Below are positions 15,344 to 23,642 of a DNA stretch of 32,000 nt, piece after piece (the first letter of the stretch is position 1; every line of letters begins with the position of its first letter). The stretch is from positions 1,170,001 through 1,202,000 of the forward strand of contig NC_009776.1 in assembly GCF_000017945.1 (NCBI RefSeq), written 5' to 3'. This stretch comes from Ignicoccus hospitalis KIN4/I. Its GTDB lineage: Archaea; Thermoproteota; Thermoprotei_A; Sulfolobales; Ignicoccaceae. The notes beneath the pieces are model-generated. The model ran no database searches, had not been told where the DNA came from, and saw only the letters and a list, made by a program, of their open reading frames with translations. The position numbers were made by a program, and so were the translations under genes.

Positions 15344-15838
15344 GTGGGTTCCGAGACGTACTCTCTATACGTAGACGAGTCCGGGAGCTTGAGGATAAAG
15401 GGGGACGAGGCGGACTACTTGATCTTACCGGCGACCACCGTATCCAAAATAGGCTCTAGGTTGTACAAGATCGTGGGGGAGGCCGCCAACGTACAGCTGG
15501 CGGAAATAGGGAGGAGTATAGGCCACAGCTTGGCGGAGCTGATCAAGCGCCAGATGCACGGCGACCGAATAGAAGACATAATAGAATCTATAGACGACTA
15601 CTTGAGCAAGAGCGGCTTCGGGAAGGCGGAGCTCGTCAAGCACGAAAACCACTTCGACGTAATAATAAACAATCCACCGTCGTTGAGGCATGCTGTAGAA
15701 GGGCTGAAGAAGTGTCGTTTCGAGGCTGGTTTGATAAAGGGAATACTGGAGGAGATCACGGGGAAGAAGTGGCACGTCCAAGTGGACGACTCGGTTAACC
15801 AGGAGAAGTGCTTAATCCACGTTAAGCCGATGGAGTAA
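15344..15838 (+). CDS. V4R (4-vinyl reductase-like) domain protein
   Basis: 164 aa, GTG start. The pattern YLILPATTV...ANVQLAEIGRSIG...GFGKAELV...CRFEAGLIKGILEEITGKKWHV...EKCLIHV fits the V4R small-molecule-binding domain. Confidence 0.6.
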   Translation: MGSETYSLYVDESGSLRIKGDEADYLILPATTVSKIGSRLYKIVGEAANVQLAEIGRSIGHSLAELIKRQMHGDRIEDIIESIDDYLSKSGFGKAELVKHENHFDVIINNPPSLRHAVEGLKKCRFEAGLIKGILEEITGKKWHVQVDDSVNQEKCLIHVKPME

Positions 15839-16856
15839 TTTGGTTCCCAAACTTTTTCGCCAAGCTCTCAGAAGCCTCGTAGAACAGCTTCATCTCCTCC
15901 TCGCTCCCAACGCTTACCCTAAACCAATCCTCTCCGAGAGGTACCTTCCTCACCATTATACCCATCTTCCTAAACTCGTCCACCACCCCTTTGAAAGCCC
16001 TCACCAAGACGAAGTTGGTATAGCTCTCGAAGACCTTCCAACCCAACGACTCCAACTTGTCCTTCATCCTCTTCTTCTCTTCGTTTACATAATTTATGTA
16101 GTCCCTCGAGTACGACGGGTCGCTGAGCGCCGCTAGGGCCGCCTCAACGGTCACGGAAGGTATGTCGTACGGCAAAACCATCTTCGACACTTCCGTAACG
16201 TTCTCCGGACTCGATATTAGGAAACCTATCCTGAAGCCGGCCAAAGCAAATGCCTTGCTTAGAGTTCTAGTCACGAATAAGTTGTCATACTCAGTGACGA
16301 ATGGCGTCAAGCTGAAGGGGGCGAACTCGGCATAAGCCTCGTCAACCAGGACGGAGGGGAAGGCCCCGCTCAAGCGGTCCAGCTGTTCGGGACTCAACAG
16401 CAAGGAGCCGGTAGGGTTGTTGGGAGTGTCTATCACTGCGATGTCGGCTTTAGTCGATAGGAAGTCGTCCAAGTTAAGGACGAACTTATCGCCCTCGATC
16501 TGTAAGTTAGAATACAGCAAGGTCGCCCCCGCGGCCCCCAAGAGGGGAGGGTAGGCTTGGAAGCTCGGGTAGGGTAGCCTCGCCGAGCCCTTGAGGGCGC
16601 AGCACTCGAAGGTTAAGCGGAGGGCGCTGTCGGAGCCTAAGGTGGGGAGCACCCACTCAGGCCCCGGAACCCCGTAATACCTAGCGGCGACCTCCCTTAG
16701 TTTCCACAGCCTCTCCGGGTCCGGGTACAAGTTGCCGGCCTCCGCGGCCTTCAAGGCTGCCTCTATTACGCGCCGGGGAGGGGGGTTGGGGTTCTCGTTT
16801 AAGTGCAACCTCGCCCTAATGCTCTTAGGCTTCTGGGGCAAGTGGTAGGTCTTCAT
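15822..16856 (-). CDS. hisC: Histidinol-phosphate aminotransferase
   Basis: Motifs LHLNENPNPPP, DTPNNPTG and SKAFALAGFRIGF (PLP lysine). The track ORF extends to 17171, but its first 105 codons are low-complexity and lie antisense to ribC. The ATG at 16856 (MKTYHLPQKP) is the sensible start. Confidence 0.85.
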   Translation of the reverse strand: MKTYHLPQKPKSIRARLHLNENPNPPPRRVIEAALKAAEAGNLYPDPERLWKLREVAARYYGVPGPEWVLPTLGSDSALRLTFECCALKGSARLPYPSFQAYPPLLGAAGATLLYSNLQIEGDKFVLNLDDFLSTKADIAVIDTPNNPTGSLLLSPEQLDRLSGAFPSVLVDEAYAEFAPFSLTPFVTEYDNLFVTRTLSKAFALAGFRIGFLISSPENVTEVSKMVLPYDIPSVTVEAALAALSDPSYSRDYINYVNEEKKRMKDKLESLGWKVFESYTNFVLVRAFKGVVDEFRKMGIMVRKVPLGEDWFRVSVGSEEEMKLFYEASESLAKKFGNQITPSA

Positions 16857-16956
16857 CTCCCGTAGCCATTCTCTCTTAAGACATTTCACCGTGTTTCCCA
16901 CCCGAGGTGGGGTGGGGGTAAAATAAGGGGGCCTTGTAATGGTTCCGGGGAAGTAG

Positions 16957-17418
16957 TTGGTTTGTATAGGCGTGGTCGACACCACGTTCTCCAGGGTAGA
17001 CATGGCGAAGTACGCAATTGAGGTGTTAAGGAAGAAGGTTCCGGCCTTGAAGGTGAAGAGGTACACCGTCCCCGGGATAAAGGACGTGGCCGTAGCCGCG
17101 AAGAGGCTTTTGGACGAGGGTTGCGACGGAGTAATAACGTTGGGGTGGGTGGGCCCCACCATGACGGACAAGTTCTCTTACCTAGCCTACAGCATCGCCC
17201 TCCAAATGCTCCAAATAAACTACGGAAAACACATAATAGATGTAACTGTGCACGAGGACGAGACCGACGACCCGCGGAAGCTGAAGGAAATAGCCGTACA
17301 GAGGGCAAAGGAACACGCGGAGAACTTAGCCCTCTTGATCCTTAAGGGGCCCCAAGCCCTCACCGGCCTCGCGGGAACCGGACAGAGGCAAGGCTGGCCC
17401 GACGTCGGACCTTTGTGA
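16957..17418 (+). CDS. ribC: Archaeal-type riboflavin synthase
   Basis: The blocks IGVVDTTFSRVDMA, VPGIKDVAVAAKRLL, VHEDE and AKEHAENL...GLAGTGQRQGWPDVGP match my memory of Methanocaldococcus RibC over the full length, including the extreme C-terminus. Confidence 0.85.
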   Translation: MVCIGVVDTTFSRVDMAKYAIEVLRKKVPALKVKRYTVPGIKDVAVAAKRLLDEGCDGVITLGWVGPTMTDKFSYLAYSIALQMLQINYGKHIIDVTVHEDETDDPRKLKEIAVQRAKEHAENLALLILKGPQALTGLAGTGQRQGWPDVGPL

Positions 17419-18444
17419 GGCCAAGAAAGCTATGACGACCGCCTCCAAGGCGGCGGCCACGGCCGTTTCCGTGGAGAGGACCGCCCCCGGGGCCACGTCG
17501 ACCACGAAGTCCGCAAACTTGTATAAGCCCATGGGTACTCCTTTCCTAGACCCTAGGACTAGGTAGACCCTCCTAGCCTTCCTCAAGGCCCTTCCTAGAT
17601 CTTCCATTACTTCTTCGAAGCTCTTGCCTTCTGGCTCGAATACCACAACTAAGTCCTTCTTCCCCCTCGAAGCTACTAAATGGTACATGTCAAACACCTT
17701 TATTTGCAACCTATTAGCCTTACCCTCGCTCTTCTCCCTCTGCCTCCTCCTGGACTCGGCCCCCTCCCTAACCCCTCTCAAGAACTCCGCCAGCTGGTCG
17801 CCGTCGGCCTCCTCAGTGAGGGCGGCGTAGTACGTCCCGACGCCGAAGCTCTGTAGCACCCTCCCGACTCTCTTGGACACCTCCTTGACGCCCTCCAAAG
17901 GGCCTAAGTAGGGCTCTTGGACGACTACCACCTTTCTAATGACTTCTGACACGTCTACCTTTCCTTTCTTTTTCTTTAACGCGTAATACTCGGGAGGGAC
18001 TATAGAAACGAAGGCTCTATCTCCCACTATCTCTACCATAAGCACCGCCTCTGGGTCGGAAAGGTCTACTTCGGCGTCTACCTTGGACAGTACGACGGAC
18101 CCCAGCTCCGCGTTCACTTGAACCGAAGTGAATGGGTGTTTTCCCCTCCTCACGGTCCTTACGGCAAACCTCTTACCTTTCAGTCTACTGGCCATCTCTT
18201 CCGCAACTCTCTTCAGCTCGTTCAGATCGGCCCTAACGCACCTTTCGGCCTTCATTACCCTAATGACTTCCGGTACTTTGGAAACTACTTGAAAGGCCTT
18301 CTCGAAGTCCTCACACTCCTCTATTAGAATGAGGCCCTTGAACCCCATAGGGGCCGGGACTACCTTCTTACACGGCACCCTGAGTACGTTAGCTACGTAC
18401 TTTTCCATGCCAATATCGGTCTTCGCCAGTATGGCGCACGTCAA
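17326..18444 (-). CDS. THUMP-domain protein fused to a SPOUT-like (putative RNA methyltransferase) C-terminal domain
   Basis: The N-terminal roughly 160 aa look like a THUMP domain (FAVRTVRRGKHPFTSVQVNAELG...LMVEIVGDRAFVSI). The C-terminal part has SPOUT-like motifs LVLGSRKGVP and DFVVDVAPGAVLSTETAVAAALEAV. TTG start at 18444, with an alternative ATG at 18408. The last 31 codons overlap ribC antisense. Confidence 0.7.
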   Translation of the reverse strand: MTCAILAKTDIGMEKYVANVLRVPCKKVVPAPMGFKGLILIEECEDFEKAFQVVSKVPEVIRVMKAERCVRADLNELKRVAEEMASRLKGKRFAVRTVRRGKHPFTSVQVNAELGSVVLSKVDAEVDLSDPEAVLMVEIVGDRAFVSIVPPEYYALKKKKGKVDVSEVIRKVVVVQEPYLGPLEGVKEVSKRVGRVLQSFGVGTYYAALTEEADGDQLAEFLRGVREGAESRRRQREKSEGKANRLQIKVFDMYHLVASRGKKDLVVVFEPEGKSFEEVMEDLGRALRKARRVYLVLGSRKGVPMGLYKFADFVVDVAPGAVLSTETAVAAALEAVVIAFLASQRSDVGPALPLSGSREAGEGLGPLKDQEG

Positions 18445-18455
18445 AGCGATACCCC

Positions 18456-19682
18456 TTGAGCCGCGCTGCGGAGGGACAACGAAAAATAGTGAACCCCCGA
18501 GGAGCGGCGTGGGGCCACACGATATTGTTGGAAAAGCTCCCGCTGATTATATTTATTTTAAGCATGGCCATAACTGTGTTCGCGCCTCAGTACTCCGTAC
18601 CCCTTTGGTTGCTCCTCTTTGCCTTGGGCCTCAAGTATAACAAGCAGTTGACCTTGAAGGTGGCGAGCCGCCTAGCAGATGCGGCTCTGGTCTTGTTAAT
18701 AGTCCTAATAATCACTGTGGCTATGTTTGGAGGTCTCATAGCGGAGATCAAGAAGCAGATGATAGAGGACGAGGTAAAGAGGTGGGTGATGAGTCAGCCC
18801 CAACTGGTCCAGAAGCTGGGAGAGAAAGTTAAGGATTTCATAAAGGAACAAGTGGAAGAGAGGATCAAGGCCGAGGGCCTCGACAAGCCGTGGTACGCTA
18901 ACTTGCTCTATTACTTGTCTACCGTAGTAACGTTAGACATGAGGAGCCACGTGCTCCGCTCTAATACCGGCTCCCAGCTGGTTAAAGACATTATAATGGA
19001 AAGGCTCCCGAGGACCGTGCTCTTGTTTACGACCGCCACAGTGATCTCAGCCCTCATTGGAATACTGTTAGGGTTGGTGGCGGCCTACAAGAGGGGGAGC
19101 GTCGTGGACAAGCTGGTGACTGTGGCCGCTCTAATTTCAGCTAGCTTTCCCATGTGGTGGATCGGCATGATCATGATAGAAGTATTCTCGTACGCGTTGG
19201 GGGTTTTCCCCTCCGGAGGCATGACCAGCGTGCCCCCTCCCAGCGACCCGATCGCTTACGTGGCCGACGTGCTCTACCACATGTCACTCCCGCTGTTAAC
19301 CATAGTGTTGGTAAGTGTGGGCGGGTGGGCTTACGTCACTAGGAGCATCTTGGTGGGGGCTACAAAGGAGGACTTCGTCTTGGCCGCCAAGGCCAGAGGG
19401 CTCGCGGAGAGGACGGTCCTCTTAAGGCACGTGTTGAGGCCTTCGATACCCCCAATCCTAACTATGATAGCCTTGAGCTTGGTCGCCTCTTTGAGCGGAG
19501 CCATAATCACCGAGATAGTGTTCAACTGGCCCGGCATGGGGCTGCTCTACTGGGAGGCGATAGAGACCCTCGACGTTCCCGTCATACTCGGCTTGACGTA
19601 CATATTTACGTTAGTTTTCGTAATAGCTATGGTAATATTAGATGTGATGTACATAGTCTTAGATCCTAGGGTGAGGTGGTGA
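18456..19682 (+). CDS. oppB: Opp/Dpp-family ABC transporter permease (OppB-like)
   Basis: Polytopic protein with the EAA-type loop AAKARGLAERTVLLRHVLRPSIPPILT. The start is uncertain: in-frame ATG at 18564 and TTG/GTG codons up to about 18650 are all candidates. Confidence 0.8.
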   Translation: MSRAAEGQRKIVNPRGAAWGHTILLEKLPLIIFILSMAITVFAPQYSVPLWLLLFALGLKYNKQLTLKVASRLADAALVLLIVLIITVAMFGGLIAEIKKQMIEDEVKRWVMSQPQLVQKLGEKVKDFIKEQVEERIKAEGLDKPWYANLLYYLSTVVTLDMRSHVLRSNTGSQLVKDIIMERLPRTVLLFTTATVISALIGILLGLVAAYKRGSVVDKLVTVAALISASFPMWWIGMIMIEVFSYALGVFPSGGMTSVPPPSDPIAYVADVLYHMSLPLLTIVLVSVGGWAYVTRSILVGATKEDFVLAAKARGLAERTVLLRHVLRPSIPPILTMIALSLVASLSGAIITEIVFNWPGMGLLYWEAIETLDVPVILGLTYIFTLVFVIAMVILDVMYIVLDPRVRW

Positions 19683-19688
19683 AGGGCT

Positions 19689-21011
19689 TTGAACGAGTTC
19701 TTGAAGGAGCTGTTGTCCCAGAGCTCCGGCCTCTTCGGTACGCTAACCTTTGTCGTGTTGTTGGCGCTGGCCCTCTACTCGTTAACGGCCTTCAGCGGCT
19801 ACGAGAGGCTCTGGAGGAACACGACGTTTTGGTCCGTTTACCCCTCTGCGGTACCGCCGAGCTGGTTCGGCCAGATGTTCTACCCAGACAAGGTGGTCCC
19901 AACCTTCGAAACCGCGCCAACTCACGAAACGCTTAAGGTAATGTACGGCGGGAGGGTCTCTAACGTTACCGAGGAATACGAGCTGAGTTACCGCTACGGA
20001 GGCGTTCCCAATGACATAAAGCTCATACTCAAGGTAAGTTACGAGACCCCTCCGGCAGTAGTAGTTAAGGTGGTAAGGCCGGACGGAGAGGAGGTGAAGC
20101 TCCTACAAGCGAGCGCCCGCGACCTACCGTCCACCATTTCGTTCAACAACTATGACGAGATAAAGAACAACGTCTACCGTTGGGCCTCTAGGTCGGACGT
20201 GCCGGTCACCCAGCTCTTGTTCACGGATAGAGAAGGGAAGGTCCTAAAGGGTAACTACAAGATCATTGTCAACGTGATCGGTTTGGGGAGAGTCAACGTC
20301 ACGAGCAAGCTGATACTGGACGGCAATGTTTACGGGCTTATGGGGACCGACGTCTTCGGGCGCGACGTTTTTACCTTCACTATGATAGGCCTTCCGTACG
20401 GCTTGTTAATAGGAGTGCTGACGAGCTTGATCGCGGCCCTCTGGGGGACCGTTTACGGTTTGGTGAGCGCTTACGTCGGCGGGAAGGTGGACAAGGTCAT
20501 GCAAAGGCTCTTAGAGACTTGGTATTCAATACCGCCCTTGCCGCTCTTGATACTTCTGGCCATAATATACAAACCCAGCTTGATCGTAATAATATTATTG
20601 ATCGCCGTATTCTCGTGGATGGGCGTTGCTAAGGTAGTTAGATCAATGGTCCTCAGCATTAAGAACGAAGGCTACGTCCTGGCCGCCAAGGCCGCCGGCG
20701 CGGGGCCCTTCTGGATAATGTTCAAACACGTCTTGCCCCAAGTAATGCCCTACACCGCCGCCCAAGTGGCCTTGGGCGTGCCAGGGGCGATCCTCACGGA
20801 GGTCTCGCTCGACTTCTTGGGCTTGGGCGACCCCAACGTGCCCACGTGGGGGTGGATGCTCCACGACGCCCAAGTTTACGGGGCCAGCGTGAGCGGCTAC
20901 TGGTGGTGGATACTACCGCCCGGCTTGATGGTGGCTCTGGTGGCGCTGAGCTTCGCAATGATAGGTCACGCGATGGATGTGATACTAAATCCGAAGCTGA
21001 AGGAGGTGTAA
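19689..21011 (+). CDS. oppC: Opp/Dpp-family ABC transporter permease (OppC-like) with a long N-terminal extracytoplasmic loop
   Basis: EAA-type loop AAKAAGAGPFWIMFKHVLPQVMPY. It has one N-terminal TM segment, a roughly 170-aa loop, then the permease core. The gene starts 7 nt after oppB ends. Confidence 0.8.
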   Translation: MNEFLKELLSQSSGLFGTLTFVVLLALALYSLTAFSGYERLWRNTTFWSVYPSAVPPSWFGQMFYPDKVVPTFETAPTHETLKVMYGGRVSNVTEEYELSYRYGGVPNDIKLILKVSYETPPAVVVKVVRPDGEEVKLLQASARDLPSTISFNNYDEIKNNVYRWASRSDVPVTQLLFTDREGKVLKGNYKIIVNVIGLGRVNVTSKLILDGNVYGLMGTDVFGRDVFTFTMIGLPYGLLIGVLTSLIAALWGTVYGLVSAYVGGKVDKVMQRLLETWYSIPPLPLLILLAIIYKPSLIVIILLIAVFSWMGVAKVVRSMVLSIKNEGYVLAAKAAGAGPFWIMFKHVLPQVMPYTAAQVALGVPGAILTEVSLDFLGLGDPNVPTWGWMLHDAQVYGASVSGYWWWILPPGLMVALVALSFAMIGHAMDVILNPKLKEV

Positions 21012-21014
21012 ACC

Positions 21015-21980
21015 GTGCTAAAGGTGGAGGACCTCAAGGTGTATTACTACACGCACAGGGGAGTGGTCAAAGCCGTGGACGGCGTCAGTTTCGAGTTGAA
21101 GAAGGGGGAGAGTTTGGGAATAGCTGGGGAGAGCGGCTGCGGGAAGAGCACCACGGGCATGGCGATAATGAGGCTCATCGAGAGGCCCGGGAAGGTGGTC
21201 GGGGGCAAGGTCCTCTTGGACGGCGTGGACTTGTTGAGCATGGACTACGAGAGCTTCAGAAAGGAGGTGAGGTGGAAGAGGATAAGTATGGTCTTCCAAG
21301 GGGCCATGAACAGTTTGACGCCGGTATATACGGTATATCAACACTTCAAGGAGACCTTGAAGGCCCACGGGATGTTTGAGAGCGACGACGTGGCCAGGTC
21401 TTTGACGGAAAGGTTGTTGAAAATGGTCTCCCTGCCCCCGGAGGTAGCGGACCGCTATCCCCACCAGCTCTCGGGAGGTCAGAAGCAGAGGGTGGCGATA
21501 GCGCTCTCGCTCCTCCTCGACCCGGACTACGTGATAGCCGACGAGCCCACCACAGCGCTAGACGTGGTCGTTCAAGCCCAAATAATAAACTTGATGAAGA
21601 AGTTACAAACGAAGAAGGGTCTCAGCATCATTCTGATAAGCCACGACTTGGGCGTCTTGAGCGCGTTGAGCGACAAACTCATGATAATGTATGCCGGGAA
21701 GGTAGTCGAGTACGGCAGGGCAGACAAAGTTCTGAAGAACCCCGCCCACCCCTACACCAAACTCTTGTTGGAGTCCACGCCCCGCCTCAGAGGAGGGGAG
21801 CTGAAGTGGATCCCCGGTAGCCCGCCGGACTTGGTGAACCCCCCTCCCGGCTGTCGCTTCCACCCGCGCTGTCCCTTGAGGTCGGAAGTCTGCGAGAGGG
21901 AGGAACCCAAGGCGGTTGAGGTAGAACACGAACACTGGGCAGCGTGCCACCACCTCGAGCCCTTTGGGGGCCCAAAGTAA
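21015..21980 (+). CDS. oppD: Opp/Dpp-family ABC transporter ATP-binding protein (OppD-like)
   Basis: Walker A GESGCGKST, signature LSGGQKQR, Walker B IADEPTTALD, and the C-terminal block HPYTKLLL...GCRFHPRCP. Confidence 0.9.
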   Translation: MLKVEDLKVYYYTHRGVVKAVDGVSFELKKGESLGIAGESGCGKSTTGMAIMRLIERPGKVVGGKVLLDGVDLLSMDYESFRKEVRWKRISMVFQGAMNSLTPVYTVYQHFKETLKAHGMFESDDVARSLTERLLKMVSLPPEVADRYPHQLSGGQKQRVAIALSLLLDPDYVIADEPTTALDVVVQAQIINLMKKLQTKKGLSIILISHDLGVLSALSDKLMIMYAGKVVEYGRADKVLKNPAHPYTKLLLESTPRLRGGELKWIPGSPPDLVNPPPGCRFHPRCPLRSEVCEREEPKAVEVEHEHWAACHHLEPFGGPK

Positions 21981-22120
21981 CAAGGGCGTATATTAAGTTC
22001 CGGAAGGTTGTAGCAAACGAGAGTTGAGACACATGATAGTTTTAGTAGAGGTTGAAGTTCCGGAGGGGGAAGCGGAGTTTTGGTTTTCCGATTTGGAAGT
22101 TCGGGGCTGTAAATTTCGTG

Positions 22121-22213
22121 TGGTGGGGCCGCGGGGATTTGAACCCCGGACTACCGCCTCTCCCAGCTCAGGGCTCGTAAGGGCGGCGTCCTTCCGGGCT
22201 AGACGACGGCCCC
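22121..22213 (-). tRNA. tRNA-Val (anticodon UAC) with a 16-nt intron after position 37, CCA encoded
   Basis: The exons are identical to tRNA-Val(GAC) at 10815-10891. The anticodon region reads CCGCC-CTTACG[AGCCCTGAGCTGGGAG]A-GGCGG, placing the intron at about 22160-22175 on the plus-strand coordinates. Confidence 0.85.
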
Positions 22214-22243
22214 GAAGCCTCCGGGGGGCCTTCCGGATAGTGA

Positions 22244-22257
22244 ATTAAAAGTTTTGC
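22244..22257 (-). promoter_or_regulatory. BRE/TATA-like promoter of tRNA-Val(UAC)
   Basis: The minus-strand sense sequence is GCAAAACTTTTAAT, 31-44 nt upstream of the tRNA 5' end. It is shared with the tRNA-Phe promoter. Confidence 0.4.
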
Positions 22258-22298
22258 GGCTCAGCCGGTTGATCCCTCGTCATTAGTTTTTCGGCGAC

Positions 22299-22910
22299 CT
22301 AAAGCACGTCTTCATCGCCGAGCGTTATTATGCGGTCCGCCACTTCCCTGGGCTCTTGTAAGTGAGTAGCCCATAAGACCGTTGCTCCTACGGACTTGGA
22401 GTACCTCGCCACGAGCTCGGCTATCTCCGACCGGCCCTCTTTGTCTACGCCGGCGAGGGGCTCGTCCAGAAGCCACGCCCTCTTACCGCTAAGGAGGACC
22501 AGCGCCAAGCTGAGCCTCTTCAGCTGACCCCCGGAGAGCTCCCCGACCCTTTTGTCGAGGAGCTTGTTCAACCCCAACGCCTCGAGGACCTCTTCGTCGT
22601 ACTTGTTGATCATGCTCAACGCCTCCTCGACCCTCAAGTTAGGCACCGCGAGGCCGGACTGGGGCAAGTAGGCCAAGCCCCTCTTCTCCGGGGGGAGGCC
22701 TTTGGTCCCGTTTTGGACCACCTTGCCGTCCACCTCTATATACCCGGAGCAGTTGTTTCCGCCGGCTATACACCTCAACAAGCTGCTCTTCCCGACGCCG
22801 TTGGGCCCCACGAGGAGCGTTACCCCCTCCGCACGCAAGCTCAAGTCTTTGAACAACACGACCCTTCCGTACCTTATCGTAACGTCCCTTGCGACGATCA
22901 ACTCTCCCAC
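22299..22910 (-). CDS. modC: ABC transporter ATP-binding protein, short form without a C-terminal regulatory domain (Mo/W-type system)
   Basis: Walker A GPNGVGKSS, signature LSGGQLKRLSL, Walker B WLLDEP. 203 aa, GTG start overlapping the permease stop by 13 nt. The symbol is by operon context only and could be a tup/wtp-type system. Confidence 0.75.
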   Translation of the reverse strand: MGELIVARDVTIRYGRVVLFKDLSLRAEGVTLLVGPNGVGKSSLLRCIAGGNNCSGYIEVDGKVVQNGTKGLPPEKRGLAYLPQSGLAVPNLRVEEALSMINKYDEEVLEALGLNKLLDKRVGELSGGQLKRLSLALVLLSGKRAWLLDEPLAGVDKEGRSEIAELVARYSKSVGATVLWATHLQEPREVADRIITLGDEDVL

Positions 22911-23638
22911 CTCTTGGAGAGCGACAGTAAAGCGAAGCCGAGAAAGGAGGCCAACGTTATTAGAGCTATCATCTTTTCTAAGTTTCCTGAACTCATATTG
23001 AGGTATATAGCTATTGGAAGCGTTTCCGTCTTAAATCTTATTGAGCCGGCCAAGGTTACTGTCGCTCCGAACTCTGCCAAAGACCTCGTAAAGACCAAGA
23101 CCGAAGAAGATTTTAGTGTATTTGAAATAGAGGGCAATATAATTTTCTTAAATAAGCAAAAGTTGGTGCAACCTAACGTCCTCGCCATAAGCAAGACGTC
23201 TTCGTGTAAGCCCCTCATGGCGGACCTCAACGGCTTTAAGGCGAGCGGGAAGGTGACAGAGGCTTGTGCAATTATTATCCCTGGCACACTGAACACTATG
23301 GGGATTACGCTGTCCACCAGCTGACCTATGGGCGTACGGGAGAAGAAGATCAGTAGGAGAGCGCCCACTGCGACCGGAGGCAGGGCGTTGGGGGCGCTTA
23401 ACAAGGCCTCTACCAAACCGCTCCCCGCGAAGCCGCGCGACAAGGAGTAGGCCGTAGGGAGCGCTAGGCTCAATACTAAAGCGGTGGAAACCAAAGAGGT
23501 TGCCAAGCTTAGCCAAACGGCGAACAAGACCTCCCTGTCCCCCATCTCCTCCAAGACCTTAGTTGGAGGCACCACCGCGAAGGGGGACAACATTATCAAA
23601 GTCCCCAAGAGGGCCAAAGCTATCGCCACCGCCTTCAT
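22898..23638 (-). CDS. modB: ABC transporter permease (ModB/CysTW-like)
   Basis: 246-aa polytopic protein, with an EAA-like region MARTLGCTNFCLFKKIILPSISNTL. Confidence 0.8.
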   Translation of the reverse strand: MKAVAIALALLGTLIMLSPFAVVPPTKVLEEMGDREVLFAVWLSLATSLVSTALVLSLALPTAYSLSRGFAGSGLVEALLSAPNALPPVAVGALLLIFFSRTPIGQLVDSVIPIVFSVPGIIIAQASVTFPLALKPLRSAMRGLHEDVLLMARTLGCTNFCLFKKIILPSISNTLKSSSVLVFTRSLAEFGATVTLAGSIRFKTETLPIAIYLNMSSGNLEKMIALITLASFLGFALLSLSKRWES

Positions 23639-23642
23639 CCTC

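Noticed and set aside
15822-17171. Long N-terminal extensions of track ORFs: hisC to 17171, cstA to 7939, the ICMT-like gene to 12361, and ORF 2132..2923
   Set aside because: The extensions are low-complexity (Ser/Pro/Thr/Arg-rich) and lie antisense to well-supported genes. Internal starts reproduce the canonical family N-termini. I shortened the calls accordingly.
19689-20400. Unusually long extracytoplasmic N-terminal loop in OppC, and an insertion in OppB
   Set aside because: Extended N-terminal periplasmic segments (OppC_N-type) are common in Opp/Dpp permeases of thermophiles. There is no separate ORF and no sign of a domain fusion beyond that.
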